From: an uncultured Thermoleophilia bacterium
GTDB lineage: Bacteria > Actinomycetota > Thermoleophilia > UBA2241
Assembly: GCA_963715985.1 (NCBI GenBank)
Contig: CAVQSP010000013.1
Coordinates: 611,795 to 675,794 of the forward strand
Direction of reading: 5' to 3'
DNA length: 64,000 nucleotides
Of the stretch, positions 34,837-46,700 are shown in pieces. Numbering within the stretch: position 1 is the stretch's first letter; every line of letters starts with the position of its first letter. Position numbers and translations under genes: made by a program. The notes beneath the pieces were generated by a model that ran no database searches, was not told the origin of the DNA, and saw nothing but the letters and a program-made list of their open reading frames with translations.

Positions 34837-36726
34837 CTACTCCTCCATGGTCTGCGACCGCCGCCTTCTGAACAGCACGAGGATGACTGCGCCGACGACC
34901 GCGACCGTTATGACGACCACCCAGAGCGGCGGTCGAGCTCGCCCCGCTGTCGCCTCCACTGCCCGCTCCAGCGGCGGCCGCCTTCGGCTGCACGTACAGG
35001 TACGTCGCCACGAGCCCAGTCTGGTTGACCACGTTGCCGTACCCGGCGGGCGACCGTACCCAGCCGGTCCACTTGGCGGTGTTCCACCCCTCCGTGTCGG
35101 TGAAGTAGGTCAGTCAGGAGGTAGGGCGACTGTTCATAGATGATCTGCTGCATCCGGTCGAGGATCGCCTTGCGCTTGGCCGTGTCGATGGCGTGCATCT
35201 GCAACGTGTAGAGCTTGTCGAACTCGGGGTTGGAGTAGGCGCTGTCGCTCCAGCCGTTGATCTGGTCGGTGCAGAAGTAGCTCACGCCCTGCCCGGGGTC
35301 GGTGCCGTTGTACCAGCCCCAGATGCACAGGTCGAAGTCCGGGGCGAACGTGCCGGCGGCCGTGTTGAAGATCTTGGCCATGAGGGCGCCGTTGTCGAGG
35401 GTCTCGAGCTCGATCTTGAGACCGAGCTGCCGCAGCCAGCCGGCCAGCATCTTGCCGATCGCCTGGCTCGTGGGGCTGGACTGGCGAGCCCAGAGGCGCA
35501 GCGTGATGGGCGTGCCCTGCTTGTCGACCCGCGCTCCGTTCTTGAGCGGGTAGCCGGCGGCCGTCAGTGCCTCGCCGGCCTTGGCCAGGTCGAACGTGTA
35601 GGCCTGGTCGGCCGGTGGCGACCAGTGCCAATCGGGGTTCGTGTAGTAGCCGGCCGATGATGACCGCGTCGGCCGGGCGCGCGTCGCCGTAGTACACGAC
35701 CGAGACGATCTTCTGCTTGTCCACGGCCCACTGCAGGGCCTGACGGAACTTCCAGTCGCGCAGCACCGGGTTGCCCAGGCTCTTGCCGCCGGCCGGCGGC
35801 TCGTAGCAGTTGAAGACAACGTCGTCGTAGCCGTTGATGCGGATCGGCTCGACCTCGACCGTCGGCGTGTTCTTGAACATCTGTATCTGTGTGTTCAGCA
35901 GCCCGGTGCAGGCGTCCAAGGTCCCGGCCTTGAGGTCCTGGGCCATCGTGTCCTCGTTCGTGTAGCACTGGAAGATGAGCTCGTCGATCTTGGGGGCGCC
36001 GCGCCAGTAGCCCTTGTTGGCCTCCATGATCACGTAGTTGCTCTTCTTGTACTTCACGCACTGGAAGGCGCCGCTGCCCACGATGGGCGGGTCGTTGGGG
36101 TAGTTGGTGCCGGCCAGCTTGGGCGGCACCTCGGCCCAGATGTGCTCGGGCAGCACGGGGATGGAGTTCAGCGACAGCAGCATGTCGGCCTTGGGCGCCG
36201 AGCAGGCCATCTGTACCGTGTACTGGTCCAGTGCCGTGACCCTGGTGATGCCGGCCGTGTAGCTCGTGAAGTTCGACATGTCGTTCTTGAGGATGTAGTC
36301 GTACGTGAACACGACGTCTTGCGCCGTCACCGGCTGGCCGTTGTCCTGCCACCTCGCGGTGTCGCGCAGCGTGAACGTCCACGTCTTGCCGTCCGCGCTC
36401 ACGCTCCAGTCTCTGGCGAGGCCGGTCTCTTTGGACGGCACGAGCGTGGCGGGGTCGATCCCGACGAGGTAGTCGTAGTTCGTGGAGAAGATCAGGTACG
36501 ACGGGAAGACCTGGGCGACGAAGGGGTTGAGGTTGTCGGGCTCGCCGACGTAGCCGACGCGGAGCACGACCTTCTCCGCGGACGGGGATGGGCTGGGGCT
36601 GCTCGCCAGCGCCTGCCCCAGCCCCCAGCCGAGACTGCAGAGCAGCAGCAGGAGGACCCCGACGGCCGCCAGACGTGCGGACGTGCGACGATACGCATGC
36701 GAGTGCTGCCGGTCCCCTACACCCAT
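34837..36726 (-). CDS. ABC transporter substrate-binding protein family 5 (peptide/nickel) with C-terminal TM anchor (apparent frameshifts near 35655, 35110, 34925)
   Basis: Signal peptide, EPDNLNPF, LARDWSVSADGKTWTFTLR, TAQDVVFTY, PIVGSGAF, YSNPEFDKLY; tail WVVVITVAVVGAVILVLFRRRR. Confidence 0.85.
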
Positions 36727-36884
36727 GGTGGCCCCTCCTCCACTGGTGTGCGCCCCTGCGCGCGGCTCGCTCCCTACGAGCCGCTTCGTGAGTGTACGCC
36801 TTGCTGTGGTCTGCAGAGCGTTTCGTCGCCGCCGTTCCCCGGCCGTTGTCGCAGTTGTACGCTTCACTTGGGAGGGGGCATGGG

Positions 36885-39800
36885 ATGATCGCCTGTCCGT
36901 CGTGCGGGGCCCGGTTGCCCGGCGGTTCGCGCTTCTGTCTGAGCTGCGGGGCGGGGCTCGACGCGGCCGCCACCGGCCTCCCGCTCACGGAGGAGCGCAA
37001 GGTCGTCACCACGCTCTTCTGCGATCTCGTCGGCTTCACGGCGATGAGCGAGGGCTCTGATCCCGAGGACGTCGACGCCCTGCTGCGCGAGTACTCGGCG
37101 CGGGCGCGACGCGCGATCGAGGCCCACGGCGGCGTCGTGGAGAAGTTCATCGGCGACGCCGTGGTCGGAGTCTTCGGCGTGCCACGCGTGCACGAGGACG
37201 ACCCAGAGCGCGCGGTGCGCGCCGCCCTGCGCCTGATCGAGATGCTCGAGGGCATGACCCGTCCCGACGGCCCGTCGCTTCAGGCTCGCTGCGGCGTCAA
37301 CACCGGGGAGGCCCTTGTGCGCCTGGACGTCGATCCGCTCGCCGGGCTCGGCTTCCTCACCGGCGACGCCGTGAACACGGCCGCTCGGCTGCAGGCGGCA
37401 GCGCCGCCCGGCGGCGTCGCCGTCGGTGCCCTGACACACGAACTCACCAAGCGCGCCGTTATGTACGAGGAGCTGCCGGGGGTCGTCGCGAAGGGCAAGG
37501 CGGAGCCGGTCGCGGCCTGGCGGGCGGTGAGGCCCGTGGCGCGCACCGGCCTGCGCACCGCCGGGCTGACGTCCACCCGGTTTCTCGGCCGTGAGCTCGA
37601 GCTTGCGGCTCTTCACGGCGCGTTGGAGCGGGCCTCGGATGCCGCTGAGGCGCGCTTCGTGCTCGTCGTCGGCGAACCGGGCATCGGCAAGAGCCGCCTG
37701 GTTCTCGAGTTCTCGCGTGCTCTCGCTGCCTCGACCGATCTCTTCAGGTGGCGCCAGGGCCGTTGCCTCGCATACGGGGAGGGAGTCACGTTCTGGCCTC
37801 TGGGCGAGATCCTCAAGGAGCACGCCGGCATCTACGATTCGGACGATGTCGCGACCGTGGAGGCCAAGCTCGAAGCTGTGCTCCCGGAGGGCGAGGACGG
37901 GGCGTGGCTCCGCCAGCGGCTGCGTCCTCTGCTCGGCCTCACCGCGTCGCAGGCTGCCCGCGAGGAGAACTTCGCCGCATGGGCGCGCCTGCTCGAGTCG
38001 ATGGCGGGTGACCGCCCCGCGGTGCTGGTCGTAGAGGACCTGCACTGGGCCGGCGAGGCGATGCTGGCGTTCCTGGAGTACGTGCTGGCCTGCGACCTCG
38101 CAGTGCCGCTGCTGATCGTCGCCACGACCCGGCCCGAACTCCTTCGGCAGCACGAGGGGGCGCTCACGAGCCCCGCCGGTTCGGACCGGCTGCACCGGAT
38201 CACGCTGCCGAGTCTCTCGCGCACGGACACCGGGGCGCTCGTTGCCGACCTCTTCGACGGGGACCAGGCAGGTGGCGTGGGGGCCCACATCGCCGAGCTG
38301 GCCGGCGGCAACCCGCTCTACGCGGAGCAGTACGCGCGACTGCTGCTCGACGGCGGCTTCATCGCGCGGACGGGTGACACGCTGGATGTGGCAGGCACCG
38401 CGGAGCTCCCGCTGCCGAAGACGGTGCAGGCCGTGCTCGCGGCTCGTCTGGACACCCTCCCTCGCGAACACAAGGCGTTGCTCTGCGACGCCGCCGTCAT
38501 CGGCGAGACCTTCTGGCAGGGCGCTGTCGCGGAGCTGGCGGGTCGCGACTCGGGCGCCGTGGGCGAAGCCATGGCGGCGCTTGGCGCTCGTGATCTCGTG
38601 CGACCCGCGGCCGCGCCCACCATGGAGGGCGAGCCGGAGTACCTCTTCTGGCACGCCCTGGCTCGCGATGTGGCCTACGGACAGCTGCCGCGCAAGGTCC
38701 GGGCCCGCAAGCACCAGGCCGTGGCGCGCTGGATCGAAGGGCGGACAGGCGAGCGTGGCGACGAGTTCGCGGAGATCGTCGCCCATCACTACACGACGGC
38801 GCTCGACCTTGCCCGGGCCGCGCGAGATGCCGAGCTGGCTTCGTCGCTCGTCGCGCCGACCGTCGCCTGCCTCGCACGCGCCGGCGAGCGCGCCCTGCGC
38901 CTCGACGTGGCCGCGGCCGAGCGCTACTGCGCCCGCGGCCTCGAGCTCGCCGCACCCGACGCGCCCGAGAGACCCAGACTGCTCCAGCGGTGGGCTCAAG
39001 CCCTTTGGCTTCGCAGGCACTACCGCGAGGCGGCGGCAGCCTACAGGGAATCCATCGCCGGGCTGCAGGCCGCCGGCGAGAAGCGCACGGCAGCCGTCGC
39101 CATGTGCCATCTCGTCAGCGTGCTCACGTGGCTTGGCGAACCGTGCTTTGACATCACCCGAGCGGCCGTAGAGCTGCTCGCTGACGACGGGCCCTCGCCG
39201 GAGCGGGCCGAGGTGCTCGGGTTGTACGCCCTCGGCCTGATCCTGCTCGACGAGGAACCGGCGTCGGTCGTCGAGGCGGCGGACGAGGCCGTGGACATCT
39301 GCCGGCTCCTGGAGCTGCCCGAGCCGGCCATGGCCCTAAGCTGCCGCGGGTTCGCGAAGCTGCAGCTCGGTGACCTCGACGGCCTGGGTGACTACGAGCG
39401 TGCTATCGAGGCTGCGCGAGAGCAGGGGCTGGGCGTCGAACGCACAACTATCGAGCTCAACTACGCGGATCTCGTGTTCATCGTGAAGGGCGCACAGGCG
39501 CGCCTGGACGTCCTGCATGACGGCGCCGAGTTCGCACTCACGCACGGGCTGGATTCGTACGCCATCGCCTATCGCGGGACCATAGTCGCCGCACTCCTCA
39601 GTGCCGGCGAATGGGATCGGGCGCTCCGTGAGGCGGAGGAGCTGATCGTCGAGTACGACGCGCATGAGGAGCTCTGGGACGTGCTGACCATGCGGTCCTT
39701 GCAGGCGCTGATCCTCTCCGCCAAGGGGGAGGCCGGTGTGGCCCTGCCCTTTGTCTCCTGGATCGTGGACCAGGGACGTGAGAGCGAGATCGGATGGACA

Positions 39801-40313
39801 CGGATGATGGCGCTCTACGCGGGGGCGGCCGTTCATCTGAGCCTCGGCCACGCGGACGAGGGCCTGGGCCTGCTGGCGGAGTCCTTCGCGTCGCCGCGGG
39901 CCTCCGCCGCGGCACCGGACGACCTGCCGCAGGCGGTGAGAATGACCCTTATGGGCGGCGACGCGAAGCTGGCCCGACGGCTGGCGACCGAGACAAGGAA
40001 GTACATGCCGGCGAAGCTGCTGCCGCTGCAACAGCACGCGGTGGCGACGCTCGACGCGCTGTTCGCAGAGGTAGACGGGGACCGGGCGGCTGCGGCCGGC
40101 TTCGCCGACGCCGCCGCCCGCTGGCACGAGTTCGGCGTGCCCTACGAAGAGGGGCACGCCCTCCTGGGCGAGGGGCGCTGCCTGGTGGCGCTCGGAAGAG
40201 CGCCGGAGGCGGCAGCGCCCCTCGCCGCGGCCCGCGAGATCTTCGCGCGGCTCGGCGCCAGGCCGGCACTGGAGGAGACGGAGGAGTGGCTGGGGAGGGC
40301 GAGCACCTCGTGA
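36885..40313 (+). CDS. Zn-ribbon / class III cyclase / STAND ATPase / TPR protein #1
   Basis: CPSCG..FCLSCG, LFCDLVGFT, EKFIGDAV, GDAVNTAARL, GEPGIGKS, EDLHWA, GNPLYAE. Confidence 0.92.
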   Translation: MIACPSCGARLPGGSRFCLSCGAGLDAAATGLPLTEERKVVTTLFCDLVGFTAMSEGSDPEDVDALLREYSARARRAIEAHGGVVEKFIGDAVVGVFGVPRVHEDDPERAVRAALRLIEMLEGMTRPDGPSLQARCGVNTGEALVRLDVDPLAGLGFLTGDAVNTAARLQAAAPPGGVAVGALTHELTKRAVMYEELPGVVAKGKAEPVAAWRAVRPVARTGLRTAGLTSTRFLGRELELAALHGALERASDAAEARFVLVVGEPGIGKSRLVLEFSRALAASTDLFRWRQGRCLAYGEGVTFWPLGEILKEHAGIYDSDDVATVEAKLEAVLPEGEDGAWLRQRLRPLLGLTASQAAREENFAAWARLLESMAGDRPAVLVVEDLHWAGEAMLAFLEYVLACDLAVPLLIVATTRPELLRQHEGALTSPAGSDRLHRITLPSLSRTDTGALVADLFDGDQAGGVGAHIAELAGGNPLYAEQYARLLLDGGFIARTGDTLDVAGTAELPLPKTVQAVLAARLDTLPREHKALLCDAAVIGETFWQGAVAELAGRDSGAVGEAMAALGARDLVRPAAAPTMEGEPEYLFWHALARDVAYGQLPRKVRARKHQAVARWIEGRTGERGDEFAEIVAHHYTTALDLARAARDAELASSLVAPTVACLARAGERALRLDVAAAERYCARGLELAAPDAPERPRLLQRWAQALWLRRHYREAAAAYRESIAGLQAAGEKRTAAVAMCHLVSVLTWLGEPCFDITRAAVELLADDGPSPERAEVLGLYALGLILLDEEPASVVEAADEAVDICRLLELPEPAMALSCRGFAKLQLGDLDGLGDYERAIEAAREQGLGVERTTIELNYADLVFIVKGAQARLDVLHDGAEFALTHGLDSYAIAYRGTIVAALLSAGEWDRALREAEELIVEYDAHEELWDVLTMRSLQALILSAKGEAGVALPFVSWIVDQGRESEIGWTRMMALYAGAAVHLSLGHADEGLGLLAESFASPRASAAAPDDLPQAVRMTLMGGDAKLARRLATETRKYMPAKLLPLQQHAVATLDALFAEVDGDRAAAAGFADAAARWHEFGVPYEEGHALLGEGRCLVALGRAPEAAAPLAAAREIFARLGARPALEETEEWLGRASTS
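40092..40282 (+). repeat. ~190-bp repeat shared by 3' ends of four cyclase-STAND genes (other copies ~43464-43655, ~46966-47157, ~51721-51912)
   Basis: GCCGGCTTCGCCGACGCCGCCGCCCGCTGG.ACGA.TTCGGCGTGCCCTACGAAGAGGGGCACGCCCT...GCCCGCGAGATCTTCGCGCGGCTCGG nearly identical in all four. Confidence 0.95.
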
Positions 40314-43300
40314 GCGAGACCGTCGTCTGCGCGGCGTGCGGCGCGGAGAACCCGGCCGGCTTCAGGTTCTGCGGCCAGTGTGCTGCGCCGCTCGCCGCTG
40401 TGCCTGTCGTCGCCGAGGAGCGCAAGGTCGTCACCACGCTCTTCTGCGATCTCGTCGGCTTCACGGCGATGAGCGAGGCTGCCGACCCCGAAGACGTCGC
40501 CGCTGTCGTGCGGCAGTACCACGCTGCCGCGCGTAAGGTGATCGAGTTGCACGGCGGCACGGTCGAGAAGTTCATCGGCGACGCCGTGGTCGGGGTCTTC
40601 GGCGTCCCCGCGGTGCACGAGGACGATCCAGAGCGCGCTGTGCGTGCCGGCCTGCGTCTGGTGCTGGCGGTCGAGGGCATGACCCGTACGGACGGCGCCC
40701 CGCTCGAGGTCCGCGTCGGCGTCGATACCGGCGAAGCTCTGGTGCGCCTCGACGTCGACCCCGCCTCCGGCCGCGGCATCCTCACCGGCGACGCCGTGAA
40801 CACGGCGGCGCGCCTACAAGCAGCCGCGCCGCCGATGGGCGTCGTCGCCGGTGAGGCGACGCACGAGCTCACCCAGCGCGCCATCGTGTACGAGCAGCTC
40901 CCGCCCGTCGCCGCCAAGGGCAAGGCGGAGCCCGTCGCGGCCTGGCTGGCGCGTGCCCCGGTGGCGCGCGGCGCGGCGCGGATGGACCGGGCGGTCCTCT
41001 CTCCACTCGTCGGGCGTGAGGCGGAGCTTGCCCGTGTCACGAGCGTGTTCGAGGGAGCGGTGGCGTCGTCCGAACCGCGGTTCGCGCTGCTCGTTGGCGA
41101 GCCGGGCATCGGCAAGAGCCGCCTGATCGCCGAGCTCGCGGAGGTCGTGGACCGACGTCCCGAGCTTGTGGCCTGGCGCGAGGGCCGTTGCCTGCCGTAC
41201 GGCGAGAACGTGACCTTCTCGGCGCTCGCCGAGATCGTCAGGGCTCACGCCGGTATCCCGGATGCCGCGGATGAGGCGGCCACGCGATCCCGGCTCGAGG
41301 CGGCGCTCCCCGACAGCGAGGACCGTGCGTGGCTGCTCAACCGCTTGGGCGCGCTTCTCGGCCTGGAAGCTCCTGCGGGCACGCGAGAAGAGAACTTCGC
41401 TGGATGGACACGCTTCCTGGAGACGGCCGCCGCGAGCCGACCCACTGTGCTGGTGTTCGAGGACCTGCACTGGGCCGACGAAGCGCTTCTCGCTTTTCTC
41501 GACTACTTCGCGTCGCACGTTGCCGACGTGCCCGTGATCGTCCTCGCCTGCACCCGTCCCGAGCTGTTCGAACGCGACCCGACGTTCGCTCGAGAGAGTC
41601 CCCGTCTCGAGCGTGTCGACCTCAAGCCGCTCTCGCGCGCCGAGACTGCGAGCCTGGTCGACGCAGTCCTGTCGGAGACCGGGAGTCGCGCGGGCGCCGA
41701 GATAGCCGCACGTTGCGGCGGCAATCCCTTCTACGCTGAACAGTCGGCGCGCTACCTCACCGACACGGCGCACGCCACCGTGCTGCCGGGCTCGGTGCAG
41801 GCGGTGATCGCCGCCAGGCTTGATGCCCTCCCGGCCGCGCACAAGGAGCTCGTGGGCGACGCGGCGGTGATCGGCCCGGTGTTCTGGGACGGGGCTCTGA
41901 CCGAGGTCGCCGAACGCGAGCCCGCCGACGTGAGGCAGGCCGTCGACGACCTGGTCTCGAGACAGCTCTTCCGTCGAGTACGCTCTCCGACGACAGCGCT
42001 GACGGGCGTGCACGAGATCGCCTTCGTGCATGCGCTCGCCCGCGACGTCGCGTACCGCCAGCTGCCGCGTGCAGTGCGCGCCCGGAAGCACGCCGCCACG
42101 GCGCGCTGGCTCGAGCAGAAGGCCGCCGATCGTCCAGAGGATCTCGCCGAGACGCTGGCGCATCACTACGTGACGGCACTCGGGTTGGCTCGGGCATGCG
42201 GCGAGCATGGCCTCGAGGCGACGCTGATCGACCCCGCGGTCCGCTACTTGACCGCATCCGGCGACCGCGTCTTCAACGCGGACCTCGGAGCCGCCGAGCG
42301 CTACTATCGCGATGCTCTGGACATCGCGCCGGCGGGCGCGGCCGGTCGCGCGGCGCTGCAGGCGCGTCTCGGTGAGGTGGTCCTCTGGGGCGGTCGCGAC
42401 GCTGAAGCGGCGGACCTTCTGGAAGAAGCGGCGTTGCGGCTCCGCGCGGCCGGCGACGTACGCCGTAGTGCGGTCGCCCTTGTGTGCCTGGCTCGCGCCC
42501 GTGAGAACGTCGCCGGCTCTGCAGCGCTTGGGGGCTACTTCCGTGACGCCTTGGCGCTTCTGGACGACGACGGTCCCTCGCCCGAGCTTGTGCGCGTGCT
42601 CGTCGAGTGGGGCCGGCTGAAGGCCAATCTGGACGAGCCGGAGCTGGGGCTCGCCGCTTTCGAGAGCGCCCTCGAGGCCGCGCGACGGATCGGCGCGCCG
42701 GTGCCGGCGCTCGCGCTCAATCTGCGCGGCATCGTCCGGAGGGATCTCGGTCTGCCAGGGTATGTGACCGACTTCCGCCGCTCCCTCGAGCTGGCGCAGG
42801 AGCAGGGTCTGGGCGTGGACCTTGGACGCGTGTGGGGCAACTACGCAGCGTTCCTCGGCCAGCAGGAGGGACCGGGGCGCGCTCTCGAAGAGCAGGCGCG
42901 CGCCCTGGCGTTCCTGAAGTCACGGGGTCTCACGTCGCTCGTGGACAGCGAGATCCCCCGGCACGTCGAGTCACTTCTGTATGCGGGGCGCTGGGCGGAG
43001 GCCGTCGCCGAGGCCTACGCGCTGGAGTCTGCGGCGGACGTGAACGTCCCCGCCTCCACGTTGTTCCTCGTGACCGTGATGCGGCTGCTCGTGCAGTCCT
43101 GGCAGGGCGTACCGGCCGAGGGCGGCTGCGAAGGTCGGTCGCTGTCCGACGCCTCGCGAGACGGCTCGTTCGACGTCGACGTGGCCTTCGGGTCACTGAT
43201 CGCCGAGCTGGTCTCGGTATGGTCATCGCCCCATCAGGCGACGGCGCTCCTCGAGCGCATGGTGGCGACGATGACGCCGGGCATCGCCGTCTGGTGCGCG

Positions 43301-43711
43301 GGGCTCATGCCCGACGCAGGTCGGCTGGCCCTTCGTGGCGCCGCCCCCGAGCTGGCCGAACGCCTCCTCGGCTGCGTTCAGGGTCCGCTGCCGGTCGCCG
43401 AGCTCGCTCGCCAGAGCCTCACTGCGCTGCTCGCCGAGGCGCATGGGGAGCTGGAGGCGGCGACGGCCGGCTTCGCCGACGCCGCCGCCCGCTGGCACGA
43501 GTTCGGCGTGCCCTACGAAGAGGGGCACGCCCTGTTCGGCCAGGGGCGCTGCCTGGTGGCGCTCGGCAGAGCGCCGGAGGCGGCAGCGCCCCTCGCCGCG
43601 GCCCGCGAGATCTTCGCGCGGCTCGGCGCCAGGCCGGCGCTGGCGGAGACGGATGAGTGGCTTGCCGGGTCAGGCATCTCGCACATCGCCGACGACGGTG
43701 GCGCGCCGTGA
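40310..43711 (+). CDS. Zn-ribbon / class III cyclase / STAND ATPase / TPR protein #2
   Basis: Same motifs; GTGA overlap with #1. Confidence 0.92.
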   Translation: MSETVVCAACGAENPAGFRFCGQCAAPLAAVPVVAEERKVVTTLFCDLVGFTAMSEAADPEDVAAVVRQYHAAARKVIELHGGTVEKFIGDAVVGVFGVPAVHEDDPERAVRAGLRLVLAVEGMTRTDGAPLEVRVGVDTGEALVRLDVDPASGRGILTGDAVNTAARLQAAAPPMGVVAGEATHELTQRAIVYEQLPPVAAKGKAEPVAAWLARAPVARGAARMDRAVLSPLVGREAELARVTSVFEGAVASSEPRFALLVGEPGIGKSRLIAELAEVVDRRPELVAWREGRCLPYGENVTFSALAEIVRAHAGIPDAADEAATRSRLEAALPDSEDRAWLLNRLGALLGLEAPAGTREENFAGWTRFLETAAASRPTVLVFEDLHWADEALLAFLDYFASHVADVPVIVLACTRPELFERDPTFARESPRLERVDLKPLSRAETASLVDAVLSETGSRAGAEIAARCGGNPFYAEQSARYLTDTAHATVLPGSVQAVIAARLDALPAAHKELVGDAAVIGPVFWDGALTEVAEREPADVRQAVDDLVSRQLFRRVRSPTTALTGVHEIAFVHALARDVAYRQLPRAVRARKHAATARWLEQKAADRPEDLAETLAHHYVTALGLARACGEHGLEATLIDPAVRYLTASGDRVFNADLGAAERYYRDALDIAPAGAAGRAALQARLGEVVLWGGRDAEAADLLEEAALRLRAAGDVRRSAVALVCLARARENVAGSAALGGYFRDALALLDDDGPSPELVRVLVEWGRLKANLDEPELGLAAFESALEAARRIGAPVPALALNLRGIVRRDLGLPGYVTDFRRSLELAQEQGLGVDLGRVWGNYAAFLGQQEGPGRALEEQARALAFLKSRGLTSLVDSEIPRHVESLLYAGRWAEAVAEAYALESAADVNVPASTLFLVTVMRLLVQSWQGVPAEGGCEGRSLSDASRDGSFDVDVAFGSLIAELVSVWSSPHQATALLERMVATMTPGIAVWCAGLMPDAGRLALRGAAPELAERLLGCVQGPLPVAELARQSLTALLAEAHGELEAATAGFADAAARWHEFGVPYEEGHALFGQGRCLVALGRAPEAAAPLAAAREIFARLGARPALAETDEWLAGSGISHIADDGGAP

Positions 43712-46700
43712 GCAAGCCCCTCACGTGTCCCGCTTGTCACGCGGTGAACCCGGCCCCTGCGCGCTTCTGCATGACGTGCGGTCACGCCCTGGGGCCGCCC
43801 GGACCGGCGCCGACGCGCACGCCCCCGTCGAGGAGCGCAAGACCGTCACCACGCTGTTCTGCGACCTGGTGGGCTTCACGGCGATGAGCGAGCAGGCGGA
43901 CCCGGAGGACGTCGACGCCTGCCTGCGCGCTTACGGTGCCGCTGCCCGCGCCGTGATCGAGCGCTACGGCGGCTCCGTGGAGAAGTTCATCGGCGACGCC
44001 GTGGTCGGCGTGTTCGGCGTCCCGGTGGTGCACGAGGACGACGCCGAGCGCGCCGTGCGCGCCGCCCTGCGCCTGCTCCAGGAGCTCGCCGGGCTCCGGC
44101 GCCCGGACGGAGCCTCTCTGCAGGTCCGCGTCGGCGTCAACACCGGCGAGCTCGTCGTGGCCCTGGACGCCGACCCCGTGCTCGGCGATGGTCTGGTGCG
44201 CGGGGACGCCATCAACACGGCCGCGCGCCTCGAGGCGTCGGCGGCGCCCGGCTCGGTCGTCGTCGGGGCTCTGACCCGCAGGCTGACCGAGCGCATCATC
44301 GCCTACGAGAGCCTCCCTGCGGCGCCGGTCAAGGGAAAGGCGCGGCCTTTGAGCGCTGGCGCGCCCTGCGCCCGGTCGCTCGCGTCGGCGAGGAGACGAG
44401 CGCGGACCGTCTCTCTCCGTTCGTCGGCCGCGACAGCGAGCTCGCCTTCCTCGTCAGCCTCTTACGCCGTGCGATCGACGGGCGCACGCCCCAGACCGCT
44501 CTCATCCTCGGCGACCCCGGCATCGGCAAGAGCCGCCTGGTGCGCGAGCTCTTCGCCGTGGTCGACGCCGGCACAGAGATGATCTACTGGCGTCGCGGCC
44601 GCTGCGTGCCCTACGGCGACGGCCGCACGTTCTGGGCGCTGCGCGAGATCGTCCGCGCGCACGCCGGCATCCTCGAGACGCACGATGCGGACACCGCGGC
44701 GGAGCTCCTCGAGAGCGTCGTCGAGGAGGGGCCGGACCACGGCTGGCTCTGCGATCGGCTCCGGCCGCTCGTCGGACTCGACGCGGCCGAGGCCGAGCCG
44801 CGGCAGAACTACGCCGCCTGGCTCAGGTTCCTCCGCGACGTGGCCACTCGCCGGCCGCTCGTGCTCGTCGTGGAGGACCTCCACTGGGCCGACGAGGCGC
44901 TGCTGGCGTTCCTCGAGTACGTATCGCTCGAGGCGGCCGGAGTGCCGCTGCTGACCATCGCCACCGCACGCCCGGCCGTGTTCGAGCATCATCCGTCGTT
45001 CGCGGCGTCGGGCGGCAGAGTGACGCGCATGTGGCTCGAGCGCCTGTCCGACGACGAGACACACAGCCTCGTCGCCTCGCGCCCCGAGATGGGGGGCCGC
45101 GACCCGGCCACCGTCGAGCTGGTCGTGCGCAGCGCCGAGGGCAACCCGTTCTTTGCCGAGGAGCTCGCCAGCCTGCTCGCCGAGCGCGCCTCGGGGGACT
45201 ACGCCGGGGGTGGTGAAGGTGCTCTTCCGCAGTCCGTCCAGGCGGTGATCGCGGCGCGCATCGACGCCCTGTCACCGCCGGCCAAGTCGACACTGGCGGA
45301 CGGCGCCGTGATCGGCGTCAGGTTCTGGCGTGGACCCCTGCTGCCGATGGGGGGCCGGGACGCGGCGGCAGTGGACGAGAGTCTGCGCGAACTCGTCGAC
45401 CGGCAGTTGCTGCGCGCCGTCCGCCAGTCCTCGCTCGACGACGAGGACGAGTTCGTCTTCCGCCACGGCATGATCCGCGAGGTCGCCTACCACGAACTGC
45501 CGAGGGGCGCGCGGGCGCAGAAGCACGCGGTGTTCGCCCGGTGGCTGGAGGCCAGGTGGGTGCCCGCGCTCGCGGCGACCTCAGTGACATCCTCGCCGGC
45601 CACTTCGCCGCGGCCGCCGAGCTGGCGCGAGCCGCCGGCCACGCGGCGCTGGAGGCGGCGGTCACGGACGAGGCCGTCGACTACCTCTCGGCCGCGGGCG
45701 ACAGGGCCCTGGGCCTGGACGCGAGCGCGGCGGCGCAGCTGTACGCTCGCGCGCTGGATCTCGCCGGCCCTGGGCGCGGCGACCGCGCCGCGCTCCTCTC
45801 CCGCGCGGCGGAGGCGCGGTTCCGCGAGGGCCGCTACCGCGAGTCTGCGGCCGCGTTGCTGGAGTCGGCGGTCGGGCTCAGCGCCGTCGGCGACCGCCGC
45901 GCCGCGGCGCTGGCGGCGGCGCGGCGGGCCGACGTCCTCTACGCCCTCGGCGACCCGGGGGTGACGCTGCAGCTGGAGGGGGCGCTGTCGCTGCTCGAGC
46001 GGGGAAGCTCCCTGCGCGGAGACCGTGGCCGTGCTGGGTAGGCTGGGGCGGGCGTTGTGGCTCGGCGGCGACCCTCACGGCGGCCTCGAGAAGCTGGAGC
46101 AGGCCCTGGAAGTGTCGCGGGCGCTTGAGCTGCCCGAGCCCGTCCTCTTCCTCGGGTACCGCGGCGGCATCCGCGCCATCCTGGGCGACGTGAACGGGCT
46201 CGACGACTACCTCGAGGGCCTGCGCCTCGCCAACGAGCGGGGGCTGGCGCGCGAGGCGGCGCTGCTCACCTTCAACTACGCCGACGCGTTGCTCTCGTAC
46301 CGCGGCCCCCGCGCCGCCGCGGACGCGCTCGTCTCTGGAATGGACACCGCGCGGCGGCGGCGTCTGGAGGCGCTCGGGGCGCGGCCGGCGCGGGACGGCG
46401 AGGCCTCGACGGGGTCCATGGGCGAGTGGGACGCGGAGACCGCACGCCGCCTCACCGTCAACCTTGTCGAGGCACTCGGCATGATGGGCGAGTGGGACGA
46501 GGCGCTGGCGAAGGCGGCGGAGCTGATGCCTGAGCTCGAACGTAGCGAGGCCGGTTCCGATCTCGTGATCGTGCGCACCCAGGAGGCGGTGCTCCGCGTG
46601 TGCAGAGGAGAGGCGCAGCTGGCGGATCCCTTCATCGCCTGGCTCGAGCAGTGCGGCCTCGAGAGCGAGATCCCCTGGATCGCGGCGTACGCTCTGCTCG

